This document shows, one piece after another, positions 11,859 to 22,945 of a DNA stretch of 64,000 bases (positions within the stretch are counted from its first letter, which is position 1; the number at the start of each line of letters is the position of its first letter). The notes below the pieces were generated by a model. The model had not been told where the DNA came from. It saw nothing but the letters and a program-made list of their open reading frames with translations, and did not search any database. Location: assembly GCA_035308445.1 (NCBI GenBank), contig DATGGQ010000011.1:23902-87901 (forward strand). Direction: 5' to 3'. Origin of the DNA: Candidatus Limnocylindrales bacterium. GTDB taxonomy: Bacteria; Chloroflexota; Limnocylindria; Limnocylindrales; CSP1-4. Both the position numbers and the translations under genes were made by a program.

Positions 11859-12808
11859 CCTGCGGGCAGCTCGATCCGCGGTGCCGTGAGGTGCCGGGCC
11901 GCGGCCCGATGACCGGCGAGGGTCGCCCGATGGAGCGCCTCCGGCTGGGGGCGTCCGCCCGCTCGGGCGGCGAGCCAGGCCACGATGAACCCGGCATCGA
12001 ACGCATCGCCGCCACCGGTGGTGTCGGTCACGGCGACCGTCGGGGTCGCGATCTCGAAGCGCAGCGCCTCCTCCACGCCGGCCTCGCGAGCGACGACCCG
12101 GGCGCCGCGGCTGCCGCGCTTGATCACCGCGATCGACGCGTACTCGAGAAGCCCGTCGCCGGCCGGACGGCCGAGGAAGGCTTCGGCCTCGACCTCCGTC
12201 GCGAAGAGCAGGTCCGGATTGGCGGCGGCGATCAGCTCGCGGGCCGCGCGCCGACCGCTGGCGAGGAGCGGCGCGATGGACGCCAGGTCCACCGACACGA
12301 GGGCGCCCTTCGATCGTCCGAGCTCGATCGCCCGCGCGCCGGCCCTGCCGAGCGGGTCGCCGAGGAGCGAGTAGGCCGGCAGGTGGACGAGCTCGAGGCG
12401 GTCGAACCAGTCGGGCTGGAGGTCGTCCGGGTGCAGGTGATCCGCCGCCCGCCGGTCGGCCACGAACGAGCGCTCGCCGCCTGGCGCGACGAGGACGCCG
12501 ATCCGGCCGGTCCGCGCTCCGGCGACCCGCGTCGCTCGCACGGTCACGCCGTCACGTTCGAGCTGGTTCACGAGCGAGCGACCGGCGCCGTCGCGCCCGA
12601 CCGCGCAGACGAGCTGGACCTTCGCGCCGAGCCGGGCCAGCCAGCGGGCCGTGTTGGCCGCCGAGCCGCCCTGGCGGATCTCGACGCGGCCCGGGACATC
12701 GGTTCCGGTCTCGACCGGACGCGAGGCGGCCAGCACCACGTCCAGCATGAGGTCGCCGAGGACGAGGATGCGCGCGGCGCTCACGAACACGGATGGTAGC
12801 GATGGCAA
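11855..12808 (-). CDS. psuK: pseudouridine kinase (PfkB-family carbohydrate kinase)
   Basis: PfkB motifs ([19 protein letters not shown]), immediately upstream of and coupled to psuG. Confidence 0.8.
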   Translation of the reverse strand: MPSLPSVFVSAARILVLGDLMLDVVLAASRPVETGTDVPGRVEIRQGGSAANTARWLARLGAKVQLVCAVGRDGAGRSLVNQLERDGVTVRATRVAGARTGRIGVLVAPGGERSFVADRRAADHLHPDDLQPDWFDRLELVHLPAYSLLGDPLGRAGARAIELGRSKGALVSVDLASIAPLLASGRRAARELIAAANPDLLFATEVEAEAFLGRPAGDGLLEYASIAVIKRGSRGARVVAREAGVEEALRFEIATPTVAVTDTTGGGDAFDAGFIVAWLAARAGGRPQPEALHRATLAGHRAAARHLTAPRIELPAG

Positions 12809-12843
12809 CCATCCGTCAATGCCGCATCGAGGGTCCCCTCGGT

Positions 12844-14958
12844 ATGCTTCCCTCGATGCGCTCCGTCTCCGCCGATCGAGGACCCGCGATCGCGCCAGAG
12901 CTGGACCAGCTCGTGATCAACACGATCCGGACGCTGTCGATGGACGCCGTCCAGAAGGCCAACTCCGGGCATCCCGGCGCGCCGATGGGGGCCGCGCCCA
13001 TGGCCTACGTGCTCTGGACGCGGTTCCTCCACCACGCCCCGAGCGACCCGCACTGGATCGACCGCGACCGGTTCGTGCTCTCGGCAGGCCATGCCTCGAT
13101 GCTCCTGTACTCCCTCCTGTTCCTCACGGGCTACGGTCTCGAGGTCGAGGACCTCGAGCAGTTCCGGCAGTGGGGCTCCCGGACACCGGGCCATCCCGAG
13201 CACGGCGTCGCCCCGGGCGTCGAGGCGACGACCGGGCCGCTCGGCCAGGGCTTCGCCAACGGCGTGGGCATGGCCATCGCCGAGCGGCGCCTCGCCGCCG
13301 AGTTCAACCGCGAGGGCCACGACGTCATCGACCATCGGACGTATGTGCTCGCGTCGGACGGCGACCTCCAGGAAGGCATCGCATCGGAGGCGGCGAGCCT
13401 CGCCGGGCATCTCCGGCTCGACAAGCTGACGGTCCTGTACGACGACAACCGGATCCAGCTCGACGGCCCGACCTCCTTTGCCTTCTCCGAGGACGTCCTG
13501 GGCCGGTTCGAGGCCTACGGCTGGGGCGTCGGCCGGGTCACCGACGGCAACGACCTCGGCGCGATCGAGGCCGCGATCCACGCCGCCGACGACGACGGCA
13601 GGCCGTCGCTCATCGCGGTCCGGACGCACATCGGCTACGGCTCGCCGCACAAGCAGGACACCTCGAAGGCCCATGGCTCGCCGCTGGGCGAGGACGAGGT
13701 CCGGCTCACCAAGGCGTTCTACGGGTGGGATCCGGACGCCCATTTCCTGGTCCCGCCGGACGCGCTCGAGGCGATGCGCCGGGCAGTGCCGGCCGGCCGG
13801 GCCCTCGTCGACCAGTGGGACGCCGGGATGGAGGCCTATGCCGCGGCGTACCCGGCCGAAGCCGCCGAGCTGCGCCGCCGGTTCGCCGGCACGCTCCGGG
13901 ACGGCGCGCTCGACGGGCTGCCGACGTACCAGCCGGGCGACGAGCTGGCGACGCGCCAGGCGTCGCAGCAGTCGATCCAGGCGCTCGCGGGGCGCGTGCC
14001 CGAGCTCTTCGGCGGCTCGGCCGACCTCTCGGAATCGAACCTCACGCTGATCAAGGACGCGGCTGACTTCGAGGCCGACGAGCCGGGCCGGAACCTCTGG
14101 TTCGGGGTCCGCGAGCACGCGATGGGCGGCATCGCGAACGGCATCGCCTACCACGGCGGGTTCATCCCGTACGCGGCCACGTTCCTGAACTTCAGCGACT
14201 ACATGCGCGGCGCGGTCCGCCTCTCGGCGCTGGCCGGCCTCCACGTGATCTACGTCTGGACGCACGACTCCGTGGGGCTCGGCGAGGATGGCCCGACCCA
14301 CGAGCCGATCGAGCACTACGCCGCGCTGCGGGCGATGCCGAACCTGTGGTTCGTCCGGCCGGGCGATGCCAACGAGGCCGCCGCGGCCTGGGGCCTCGCG
14401 GTCGAGCGGCGTGGCGGGCCGGTCGCCCTGTCGCTCACGCGCCAGAAGCTGCCGACGCTCGCTGGCACCCCCGAGCTGGCCGGCGAGGGCGTGCGGCGCG
14501 GCGGCTACATCCTCCGGAAGGGCTCCGGCGAGGCGGGCGGCGACGCGCCCGGCATCATCCTCATGGCCACGGGCTCCGAGCTCCAGCTGGCGATGGCCGC
14601 GGCGGACGCGCTCGAGACGGGCGGCATCACGGCCCGGGTCGTCTCACTGCCCTGCTGGGCCGTCTTCGACGGGCAGGACCAGACGTACCGAGAAACGGTC
14701 ATCCCGCCGGGCGTCGCGAAGCGCCTCTCGATCGAGGCCGGCGCCTCCCTCGGCTGGGAGCGCTACGTGGGCGACTCGGGGGCGATCATCGGGATCGACC
14801 ACTTCGGCGCCTCGGCGCCGGCCGCCACCATCTTCGAGCGCTACGGCTTCACCGCCGATCGCGTGACCGACGTCGCCCGGCGCGTCGTCCGTGAGGGCCT
14901 GCACGGCCGCATCCCGACCCTCGATCCGGGCCACCAGCCGGCAGGCCTGCGCAGCTGA
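12844..14958 (+). CDS. tkt: transketolase
   Basis: TPP-binding N-domain ([21 protein letters not shown]), full ~700 aa transketolase. Start 12793-12856 ambiguous. Confidence 0.95.
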   Translation: MLPSMRSVSADRGPAIAPELDQLVINTIRTLSMDAVQKANSGHPGAPMGAAPMAYVLWTRFLHHAPSDPHWIDRDRFVLSAGHASMLLYSLLFLTGYGLEVEDLEQFRQWGSRTPGHPEHGVAPGVEATTGPLGQGFANGVGMAIAERRLAAEFNREGHDVIDHRTYVLASDGDLQEGIASEAASLAGHLRLDKLTVLYDDNRIQLDGPTSFAFSEDVLGRFEAYGWGVGRVTDGNDLGAIEAAIHAADDDGRPSLIAVRTHIGYGSPHKQDTSKAHGSPLGEDEVRLTKAFYGWDPDAHFLVPPDALEAMRRAVPAGRALVDQWDAGMEAYAAAYPAEAAELRRRFAGTLRDGALDGLPTYQPGDELATRQASQQSIQALAGRVPELFGGSADLSESNLTLIKDAADFEADEPGRNLWFGVREHAMGGIANGIAYHGGFIPYAATFLNFSDYMRGAVRLSALAGLHVIYVWTHDSVGLGEDGPTHEPIEHYAALRAMPNLWFVRPGDANEAAAAWGLAVERRGGPVALSLTRQKLPTLAGTPELAGEGVRRGGYILRKGSGEAGGDAPGIILMATGSELQLAMAAADALETGGITARVVSLPCWAVFDGQDQTYRETVIPPGVAKRLSIEAGASLGWERYVGDSGAIIGIDHFGASAPAATIFERYGFTADRVTDVARRVVREGLHGRIPTLDPGHQPAGLRS

Positions 14959-14975
14959 GCCGCCAGGATCGATCG

Positions 14976-15449
14976 ATGCGCATCGCGTTCGCGGCCGACC
15001 ACGCCGGCGCGGCCCTGAAGGCCGAGCTGATCGGGCGCCTGCAGGCGGCGGACCTCGGCCACGAGTACGTCGACCTCGGCGGCGATGGGACCGACCCGAA
15101 CGACGACTACCCGGACTTCGCGGCCCGGCTCGGTCACACCGTTCGTGACGGGGCCGCCGACCGCGGCATCCTGATCTGCGGGTCCGGCGTGGGCGCCTCA
15201 GTCGCCGCAAACAAGATCCGCGGCGTCCGCGCGGCGGTCTGCCACGACACGTACTCCGCCCACCAGGGGGTCGAGCACGACGACATGAACGTCCTGACCC
15301 TCGGCTCGCGGGTCATCGGCATCGAGCCGGCGGTGGAGTGCTCGCGAGCCTTCCTCGGGGCGGTGTTCAGCGGCGAGCCGAGGCATCGCCGGCGGCTCGA
15401 CAAGGTCCTCGCCATCGAGCGGGACGATCTCCTCGGAGGAACCGGCTGA
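14976..15449 (+). CDS. rpiB: ribose-5-phosphate isomerase B
   Basis: [11 protein letters not shown]...ILICGSGVG...[11 protein letters not shown]. RpiB/LacAB family, 157 aa. Confidence 0.9.
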   Translation: MRIAFAADHAGAALKAELIGRLQAADLGHEYVDLGGDGTDPNDDYPDFAARLGHTVRDGAADRGILICGSGVGASVAANKIRGVRAAVCHDTYSAHQGVEHDDMNVLTLGSRVIGIEPAVECSRAFLGAVFSGEPRHRRRLDKVLAIERDDLLGGTG

Positions 15450-17161
15450 TGGGCTCGACCCTCTCGATCCGACTTGCGCCGGAGGACCAGGCCCGGCTCG
15501 ACGCGGTGATCCAGCACGCCCGCACGAACCGCTGGGCGGAGCGGCTCTTCGAGCGCGACACGAGCCTCTGGTCCGACGACGCGAAGGTCCAGGCGACGAT
15601 CGCCGACCGGCTCGGCTGGCTCGACGCGCCGGAGCACTTCACCGGCCAGCTCGCGGCGCTCGAGGGCTTCGGCGAGGCCATCCGGGTCGATGGCTTCACG
15701 ACTGCGGTGGTCATGGGCATGGGCGGGTCGAGCCTCGCGCCCGACGTCTTCCACCGGGTCTTCGGCACCGCCGACGGCTACCTCGACCTGCGGATCCTCG
15801 ACTCCACGGATCCCGCGGCGGTCGCGGCGACCGTCGACGACCTCGACCCGCTCCAGACCCTCTGGATCGTGGCCAGCAAGTCCGGCACGACGACCGAGCC
15901 GCTCGCCTTCATGGCCGACGCCTGGGCGCGCGTGTACGCCGCTCTCGAGCGTGCCGGCTCGGACCAGCGCCCGGGCGACTTCTTCGCCGCCATCACCGAT
16001 CCGGGCCGGAGCCGCGAATCGATCCCCCACCACGATGAGCTCCGCGAGGTCTTCCTGAACCCGCCGGAGATCGGCGGCCGCTACTCGGCGCTGACCTACG
16101 TCGGGCTCGTCCCGGCGTCGCTCATCGGCGTCGACCTCGACGCCCTGCTCGCCTCCGCGTCGGCGATGCTCGGCGAGTGCCGGGAGCCCGCCCCGACCGA
16201 CAACCCCGGGCTCCATCTGGGTCTCGCGATCGGGTCGCTCGCGCGGGCGGGACGCGACAAGCTCACGCTCCTCGCCGACGAGTCGATCGAGAGCTTCGGT
16301 TCGTGGCTGGAGCAGCTCCTCGCCGAGTCGACCGGCAAGCACGGCGCGGGCATCGTGCCGATCGATCTCGAGCCCGGTCGCTCGGCGAGCGAGTACGGCC
16401 CGGATCGGGCCTTCGTCTGGATCGGCCTGACGGGCAGCCGGGTTCCGAAGCTCCTCGACGAGCTCGCCGCCGCGGGCCAGCCGGTGATCCGCATCGAGAT
16501 CGACGACCCGATCGACCTCGCCGGCGAGTGCGTCCGCTGGGAGGTCGCGACGGCGTTCGCCGGTGCGGTCCTCGGCATCGACGCGTTCGACCAGCCGAAC
16601 GTCGAAGAAGCGAAGGAGCTCACTCGGCAGGTCCTCGCCGCGGCCGGCCATCCCGACGAGCCCGATCCCGCGGCCGCGGCACGCTCGGCCGCGAGCGCCC
16701 CGACGCTCAGTCCGGCGACGCTCGGGCGGGATGGCCTGGCCGACGCGCTCGCGATCACGTTCCGGGACCTGGAGCCGCCGGCCTATGTCGCGATCCAGGC
16801 GTTCATCGCGCCGAGCCAGGCTCGTGACGAGGCCTTCGCCCGGATCCGGCGGACGATCGCCGACACCCGCTGCGCGACGACCGCCGGCTACGGGCCCCGG
16901 TTCCTCCACTCCACCGGCCAGCTCCACAAGGGCGGGCCACCGACCGGCGTGTTCCTCCAGCTGACGAGCGACCACCCGACGGACCGGCCGATCCCCGGCT
17001 GGCCCTACACGTTCGGCCAGCTCATCGACGCCCAGGCGCGCGGCGATCGCGAGGCCATCGCCGCGCATGATCGGCCGGTCGCCCACGTCCATCTCGGCGT
17101 CGACGCGGACGCCGACCTCGCGACGCTCGAGTGGTCGCTGGCGCGAGCCCTGAGGAGGTAG
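15449..17161 (+). CDS. pgi: glucose-6-phosphate isomerase
   Basis: SIS domain (SKSGTTTEP) and PGI signature (EIGGRYSALTYVGL). ATGA overlap with rpiB stop. Confidence 0.85.
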   Translation: MGSTLSIRLAPEDQARLDAVIQHARTNRWAERLFERDTSLWSDDAKVQATIADRLGWLDAPEHFTGQLAALEGFGEAIRVDGFTTAVVMGMGGSSLAPDVFHRVFGTADGYLDLRILDSTDPAAVAATVDDLDPLQTLWIVASKSGTTTEPLAFMADAWARVYAALERAGSDQRPGDFFAAITDPGRSRESIPHHDELREVFLNPPEIGGRYSALTYVGLVPASLIGVDLDALLASASAMLGECREPAPTDNPGLHLGLAIGSLARAGRDKLTLLADESIESFGSWLEQLLAESTGKHGAGIVPIDLEPGRSASEYGPDRAFVWIGLTGSRVPKLLDELAAAGQPVIRIEIDDPIDLAGECVRWEVATAFAGAVLGIDAFDQPNVEEAKELTRQVLAAAGHPDEPDPAAAARSAASAPTLSPATLGRDGLADALAITFRDLEPPAYVAIQAFIAPSQARDEAFARIRRTIADTRCATTAGYGPRFLHSTGQLHKGGPPTGVFLQLTSDHPTDRPIPGWPYTFGQLIDAQARGDREAIAAHDRPVAHVHLGVDADADLATLEWSLARALRR

Positions 17162-17163
17162 CC

Positions 17164-18081
17164 ATGCATCTCGGCTTCATCGGGCTCGGGCGGATGGGCG
17201 CGAACATGTGCCGCCGGCTGATGGCGGACGGCCACTCGCTCGTCGTCTACAACCGGACCGTCGAGCGGGCGACGGAGCTCGCCGACGAGGGGACGAAGGC
17301 CGGCCACGCGATCACGGCGGCGACGTCGGTCGCGGAGCTCGTCTCGAAGCTCGAGCGGCCGCGGATCGTCTGGATCATGGTCCCGGCCGGCCAGGCCACC
17401 GAGGACCAGATCACCGAGCTGACCGGCCACCTCGAGCCCGGCGACACGATCGTCGACGGCGGCAACACCAACTTCAACGACGACGTCCGCCGCCATGGCG
17501 AGCTCGCCGCGAAGGGCCTCCGCTATGTCGACGCCGGCGTCTCGGGCGGCATCTGGGGGCTGAAGGTCGGGTACTGCCTGATGGTCGGCGGCGAGGCCGA
17601 CGCCGTGACCCCCCTCGAGCCGATCTTCCGCTCGCTCGCGCCCACGGACGGCTATCTCCACACCGGCGCCCCGGGCTCAGGGCACTACGTGAAGATGGTC
17701 CACAACGGCATCGAGTACGGCCTCATGCAGGCCTATGCCGAGGGCTTCGAGATCCTCCACGCGAGCGACTACGAGCTCGACCTCACGAAGATCTCGGACC
17801 TCTGGAACCACGGCTCGGTCGTCCGCTCGTGGCTCCTCGAGCTGGCCACGCTGGCGTTCCAGTCGAACGGCCAGGACCTCGACCACCTGAAGGGCTGGGT
17901 GGCCGACTCGGGCGAGGGCCGCTGGACGGTCCAGGAGGCGATCGACCACGACGTGCCGGCGCCGGTCATCACCCTCTCGCTGCTGACCCGCCTCCGGTCG
18001 CGCCAGGACGATTCCTACGGCGCGAAGGTCCTGGCCGCGCTCCGGAACGAGTTCGGCGGCCACGCGGTGCAGACCGAGTAG
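17164..18081 (+). CDS. gnd: 6-phosphogluconate dehydrogenase (decarboxylating), short ~300-aa form
   Basis: Rossmann GFIGLGRMG, 6PGDH C-domain (HNGIEYGLMQAYAEGF). Confidence 0.85.
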   Translation: MHLGFIGLGRMGANMCRRLMADGHSLVVYNRTVERATELADEGTKAGHAITAATSVAELVSKLERPRIVWIMVPAGQATEDQITELTGHLEPGDTIVDGGNTNFNDDVRRHGELAAKGLRYVDAGVSGGIWGLKVGYCLMVGGEADAVTPLEPIFRSLAPTDGYLHTGAPGSGHYVKMVHNGIEYGLMQAYAEGFEILHASDYELDLTKISDLWNHGSVVRSWLLELATLAFQSNGQDLDHLKGWVADSGEGRWTVQEAIDHDVPAPVITLSLLTRLRSRQDDSYGAKVLAALRNEFGGHAVQTE

Positions 18082-18272
18082 CGGCGCCTGTTCGAGGTGG
18101 AGGACCAGCATCCGATGAAGCATCCGACCGCCGGGAGCTCGGGCCCGGGCCGGTTCGCCCCGTCCGGCGGTCGATGGCTGCATCTGACGCCGCGTCTCGC
18201 CGCCGGACGGCGCCCTGGGACACCCGGCGGCGTGCCCGCCGATGGGATGCCACATCTGCTGAAGGTCGGGGC

Positions 18273-19997
18273 ATGACGTCCCGGTCCAAGGCGCCACCGA
18301 GGCCCGCTTCGACGGCGGCGAAGGCGCCGGCGAAGCCGCACCCCGGGCATCACCCCGGCGTGGGCAGCGCCTCGTCCGAGGACGCGATGGTCCCGGCGGT
18401 CGCGGCGGGTGCCCAGTCGATCCGCGACATGCGCCTCGCGCGCGACGGCCATCGGAAACGCCGTCCCGCCGGCGAGCGGAACCCGCTCCGCGAAGGCCTC
18501 CGGCTCGAGCGCGTGCCCGACCCGCACACGATGGTCATCTTCGGGGCGACCGGCGACCTGTCCCACCGGAAGGTCTTCCCGGCCCTCGCCCAGCTCTGGC
18601 GAACGAACCTCCTGCCGCAGGACTGGATGCTCGTCGCGGTCGGGCGGAGGCCCTACACCGACAACTCCTTCCGCGAGGAGATCGGCAAATCGCTCGACCA
18701 ATGGTCGCGCGTGGAGCTCGAGCCGGCCGCCGAGCGCCAGTTCCTCGAGCGGATCACCTATCACCGCGGCGACTTCGGCGACGACGCCGCGTTCGACGCG
18801 CTGACGCATAAGCTCGACGACATCGACCGGGAGCACGCGACCGCCGGCAACCGGCTCTTCTACCTCGCCACGCAGCCGTCGGCCTTCGCGACGATCGTCG
18901 CCCAGCTCGGCCGCTGCGGCCTCGATCACGAGCGCCACGGCGAGGGCTGGCGGCGGATCGTCATCGAGAAGCCGTTCGGTCGCGACCTCGACTCGGCGAA
19001 GCGCCTGAACCGCGAGGTCGGCAAGGTCTTCCGCGAGTCGCAGGTCTACCGGATCGACCATTACCTCGGGAAGGAGACCGTCCGGAACCTGCTGGTCTTC
19101 CGGTTCTCGAACGGGATCTTCGAGCCGCTCTGGAACCGGCGCTACGTGGACCACGTGCAGATCACGGTGGCCGAGTCGATCGGCGTCGAGGAGCGCGGCG
19201 CGTTCTACGAGGAGACCGGCGCAACCCGCGACGTCCTCCAGAACCACCTGCTGCAGCTGCTCAGCCTCGTGGCGATGGAGCCACCGGCGACGTTCGAGGC
19301 CGACGCGCTCCGCGACGAGAAGGTCAAGGTCCTCCGGGCGATCGACCCGTTCAGCCGGACATCGGTCAACACGGAGGTCGTGCGCGGCCAGTACGGCGCG
19401 GGCTGGGTCGCCGCCCAGCCGGTGAAGGGCTACCGCCAGGAGGACGACGTCGACCCGGACTCGGAGACCGAGACGTATGTCGCGGCCCGCCTGCTCGTCG
19501 ACGACTGGCGCTGGTCGGGCGTGCCGTTCTACCTGCGGACGGGCAAGCGGCTGCCGAAGCGGGCCTCGGAGATCGCGATCCAGTTCAGCGCGGTCCCCCA
19601 CCGCCTCTTCAAGGACACCGCCGGCGATCCGCAGCCGAACCTCCTCGCGATCCGGATCCAGCCGGACGAGGGCATCCTGCTCCGCTTCGGCTCGAAGGTC
19701 CCGGGCCTCGGGCTCGACATCCGGACCGTGAACATGGACTTCACGTACGGCTCGGCCTTCTCCGTCGACGCCCCGGATGCCTACGAGACGCTGATCCTCG
19801 ACTCGATGCTCGGCGACGCCTCGCTGTTCACCCGGGCGGACGAGGTCGAGGCGGCCTGGGGCATCGCCAACCCGATCCTCGAGTCGTGGCTCGACGCCGC
19901 GCCGCCCGAGTTCCCGAACTACGCGGCCGGCACGTGGGGCCCCGACGCCGCCGATGCGCTGATCGAGCGCGATGGCCGCCGCTGGCGGCGGATCTGA
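18273..19997 (+). CDS. zwf: glucose-6-phosphate 1-dehydrogenase
   Basis: VIFGATGDLSHRKV, RIDHYLGKE, full G6PD C-domain. This is the C-terminal part of track ORF 17208..19997. Alternative starts 18387/18429. Confidence 0.85.
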   Translation: MTSRSKAPPRPASTAAKAPAKPHPGHHPGVGSASSEDAMVPAVAAGAQSIRDMRLARDGHRKRRPAGERNPLREGLRLERVPDPHTMVIFGATGDLSHRKVFPALAQLWRTNLLPQDWMLVAVGRRPYTDNSFREEIGKSLDQWSRVELEPAAERQFLERITYHRGDFGDDAAFDALTHKLDDIDREHATAGNRLFYLATQPSAFATIVAQLGRCGLDHERHGEGWRRIVIEKPFGRDLDSAKRLNREVGKVFRESQVYRIDHYLGKETVRNLLVFRFSNGIFEPLWNRRYVDHVQITVAESIGVEERGAFYEETGATRDVLQNHLLQLLSLVAMEPPATFEADALRDEKVKVLRAIDPFSRTSVNTEVVRGQYGAGWVAAQPVKGYRQEDDVDPDSETETYVAARLLVDDWRWSGVPFYLRTGKRLPKRASEIAIQFSAVPHRLFKDTAGDPQPNLLAIRIQPDEGILLRFGSKVPGLGLDIRTVNMDFTYGSAFSVDAPDAYETLILDSMLGDASLFTRADEVEAAWGIANPILESWLDAAPPEFPNYAAGTWGPDAADALIERDGRRWRRI

Positions 19998-21193
19998 TGC
20001 TCACCGACGCGAACCAGCCGATCGCGAAGCCGGGCCAGCCGGTCCTGCGCTGGAACACCCGGACGCACTCGATCGCCGGGATCGAGGCCGAGCTCGCCCG
20101 GATCTGGTCGTCGGTCTCGCTCACGACCCCGTCGGAGGACGGCGACGCTGAGCGGCGCGTCGCGCCGCGGAGCTCGGTCATGAACCTGGTGGTGATCGCC
20201 GGACGGGCCGAGATCGGGGAGCGGATCGCCGCGGTCGTCGAGGGCCTCACCGGCCGCCATCCGTCGCGGACCATCGTCGTCTCGCAGGCCGATCCGGACG
20301 GGCCGCCGTGGCTCGACGCCCAGGTCCAGGCCCACTGCATGCTGCCGCGGGACGGTGCCGCGGAGACGTGCGCCGAGCTGGTCTACCTCACGGCCGGCGG
20401 CCAGACCGGCCAGCACCTCGCCGGCTGCGTCTCGCCGCTGCTCATCCACGACCTGCCGGTCACGATCTGGTGGCCCGGCGAGCCGAAGCTCGATTCGCAG
20501 CAGGCCGGCGACCTGCTGGACCTTGCCGATCGGGTGATCGTCGACGGCTCGGCCTGGTCGGGCGACGGCCTCGCCCGACTCGTGGCGATGTCGCGACTCC
20601 CACGGCGGTTCCAGATCCGCGTCTGCGACTTCGCGATGCTCCGGCAGTCGCGCTGGCGGGAGGCCATCGCCTCGACGTTCGATCGACCATCGCTCCTGCC
20701 GTTCCTCGGCGGGATCCGGAAGGTCAGCGTCTCGTACGGCGCCCACGACGGGACGCCAGGCCTGACGAATGTCGTGAAGCCGATCTATCACGTCGCCTGG
20801 CTGGCCTCGCGCCTGCGAATGACCGTGGCCGACGGCCTCGTCCCGAGCCGGGAGGCCTGGGGCGCCTACACCGCCACCCTGCGGCAGGGCCGGCGCCGGA
20901 TCGACGTCGCCCTGCAGGCGGTCCAGTCGACGTCGCCCAAGGGCACGACCCTCGCCGTCCGGATCGAGGCCGAGCGGCGACGGCAGCGCCTCGTGGTCGA
21001 CGTCACCGCCCATGCCGACGGGGTCATCGTCCGGGCGAACGCGGACGGCCGCGAGCTTGCCGAGCGGCAGTTCTTCGCCCCGCGGCGGAAGGAATCCGAC
21101 CTGCTCGCCGAGACGATCGAGGGCGTCGGTGACGATCACATCTCCGCGACCGCGCTGGAGACCGCGGCCGCGCTGGTCGAGGGTCGGGGTTGA
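19997..21193 (+). CDS. opcA: glucose-6-phosphate dehydrogenase assembly protein OpcA
   Basis: Directly follows zwf with ATGA overlap; OpcA-like length and conserved blocks (VMNLVVI, IHDLPVTIWWPGEP). Confidence 0.85.
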   Translation: MLTDANQPIAKPGQPVLRWNTRTHSIAGIEAELARIWSSVSLTTPSEDGDAERRVAPRSSVMNLVVIAGRAEIGERIAAVVEGLTGRHPSRTIVVSQADPDGPPWLDAQVQAHCMLPRDGAAETCAELVYLTAGGQTGQHLAGCVSPLLIHDLPVTIWWPGEPKLDSQQAGDLLDLADRVIVDGSAWSGDGLARLVAMSRLPRRFQIRVCDFAMLRQSRWREAIASTFDRPSLLPFLGGIRKVSVSYGAHDGTPGLTNVVKPIYHVAWLASRLRMTVADGLVPSREAWGAYTATLRQGRRRIDVALQAVQSTSPKGTTLAVRIEAERRRQRLVVDVTAHADGVIVRANADGRELAERQFFAPRRKESDLLAETIEGVGDDHISATALETAAALVEGRG

Positions 21194-21221
21194 GGGGGCG
21201 GCAGGCGCGAGCGGCACGATC

Positions 21222-22052
21222 GTGAGCGAGCCGGCCCTCGAGATCCACGCCAGCGCCGACGCTGGTGCCGCCGCAGCGGCGGACCGGATCGCGGCCGCGC
21301 TGACCGCGGCGGTCGAGCGCCGCGGCTGGGCCCACTGGGCCACGACCGGTGGCTCGACGCCCGTGGCGATCTACCGCGCGCTGGCCGACGATCCCTACCG
21401 GCGCTCCGTGCCATGGGATCGCGTCCACGTCTGGTGGGGCGACGACCGGTTCGTGCCCCGCGACCACCCGCTCTCCAACGTCCTGCCGCTCGACCAGGTC
21501 CTCGTCCGCGCGTCGGCCTTCGCCGGGATCTCGGGGGCGGGCGACGTCGGACCCGACGTCGAGCAGGGCCTCGAGGCCGGCGTGTACATCCCGTCCGACC
21601 AGATCCATGCGATGCCGATGGGCCCGGCCCTCGGCGCCGGGCACGACACGGCGTGGGTCGCGTCCCGGTATGGCGAGGCCCTGCGCGCGGCAGGCCTGCC
21701 ACCGGCGGCGAACGGGTACCCGACCCTGGACGTGATCGTGCTCGGCGCCGGCCCGGACGGCCACATCCTGTCGTGCTTCCCGGGCTCGACCGCGTTCGAC
21801 GGCGCCTGGGTCGCCGCGGTGCCCGCCCCGACCCATCTCGAGCCGAAGGTCCCGCGGGTCAGCCTTCACCCGGCGTTCGTCGAAGCCGCGCGGGAGGCGA
21901 TCGTCATGGCCTACGGCGCGGGCAAGGCCGACATGCTCGCCACCGCTCTCGCGTCGACGATCGATCCGGCTCGCTGGCCGATCCAGCACGCCCGGCGGTC
22001 GAACGCCACCTGGATCCTCGACGAGGCCGCGGCCGCGAAGCTGGACCGGTGA
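21222..22052 (+). CDS. pgl: 6-phosphogluconolactonase
   Basis: GGSTP motif (WATTGGSTPVAIY), VWWGDDRFVP, ILGAGPDGH. GTG start after opcA stop. Confidence 0.8.
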   Translation: MSEPALEIHASADAGAAAAADRIAAALTAAVERRGWAHWATTGGSTPVAIYRALADDPYRRSVPWDRVHVWWGDDRFVPRDHPLSNVLPLDQVLVRASAFAGISGAGDVGPDVEQGLEAGVYIPSDQIHAMPMGPALGAGHDTAWVASRYGEALRAAGLPPAANGYPTLDVIVLGAGPDGHILSCFPGSTAFDGAWVAAVPAPTHLEPKVPRVSLHPAFVEAAREAIVMAYGAGKADMLATALASTIDPARWPIQHARRSNATWILDEAAAAKLDR

Positions 22053-22921
22053 CGCGCCCGACGCCCGGCGCGGCACTGCCGGCTCGGGTGCGGGGACCGT
22101 TCGCGGCCGAGCCGACGAGGCGGGTGAGGTCGCGCGACGGCGTCGAGATCGCCGTCTTCGAGGCGGGCCTCCGGTCGTCGGCCGAGCCGCCGCTGGTCCT
22201 CGTCCACGGCGCCACGGCCGACCACACGACCTTCCGGGCCCTCGCCCCCGTCCTCGGTGCCCGCCGGCGCCTGCTCGCCGTCGATCGCCGCGGCCGAGGC
22301 GCGTCGGGCGATCGGGCCGACTACTCGATCGGGCAGGAGTACGACGACCTGGCAGCCGTCGCCGACGCCGCGGGCAGCGGACCGGGAACGGTCGACGTCC
22401 TCGGCCACTCGTACGGCGGGCGATGCGCCCTTGGAGCGAGCCTCCGGACGTCCACCATCCGCCGGGTCGTGGCCTACGAGAGCGCTCCGTTGCCCGCCGG
22501 GTCGTCGTATCGGCCGCCGGGCCTGCTCGAGGAGGTCCGAGGCGCGCTCGAACGAGGCGACGGGGAAGCCGCCCTCGCCACGTTCCTGGCCGGCATCGTC
22601 GGCATGTCGGCCGCGGAGCTCGACGCCTACCGGGCCGAGCCGGTCTGGCCGATGCGCGTTGCCGCGGCGTACACGATTCTCCGGGAGATCCAAGCCGAGA
22701 CCAGCGACGCGGCCGGCCTCGAGGCGCTCTCGCGGGTGACCGTGCCGGTGTTGCTCATCGTCGGCGGCCGCAGCCGGTCGCCGTTCGGGATTGGGACGCA
22801 GGCCCTCGCCGATCGGCTCGCTGATTCGGAGGTGGTGACCATCGAGGGCGCGGCCCACGCCGCCCATCACACCCACGTTGCCGAGTTCGCGGCCGCCGTC
22901 GAGGGCTTCCTCGACCGCTGA
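22049..22921 (+). CDS. alpha/beta hydrolase
   Basis: PLVLVHGATAD, nucleophile elbow GHSYGG, C-terminal His. GTGA overlap with pgl stop. The long upstream part of the track ORF is a frame artefact. Confidence 0.7.
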   Translation: MTRPTPGAALPARVRGPFAAEPTRRVRSRDGVEIAVFEAGLRSSAEPPLVLVHGATADHTTFRALAPVLGARRRLLAVDRRGRGASGDRADYSIGQEYDDLAAVADAAGSGPGTVDVLGHSYGGRCALGASLRTSTIRRVVAYESAPLPAGSSYRPPGLLEEVRGALERGDGEAALATFLAGIVGMSAAELDAYRAEPVWPMRVAAAYTILREIQAETSDAAGLEALSRVTVPVLLIVGGRSRSPFGIGTQALADRLADSEVVTIEGAAHAAHHTHVAEFAAAVEGFLDR

Positions 22922-22945
22922 TCCGGCCGTATGCTCGGCAGCGCC

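Noticed and set aside
15134-17092. 652-aa minus-strand ORF
   Set aside because: Antisense to pgi, which has diagnostic SIS and PGI signatures.
18015-19601. 528-aa minus-strand ORF
   Set aside because: Antisense to zwf.
17208-19997. 929-aa plus ORF taken as a single gene
   Set aside because: Only the C-terminal ~575 aa (from 18273) is G6PD; the upstream part is an out-of-frame read-through across gnd.
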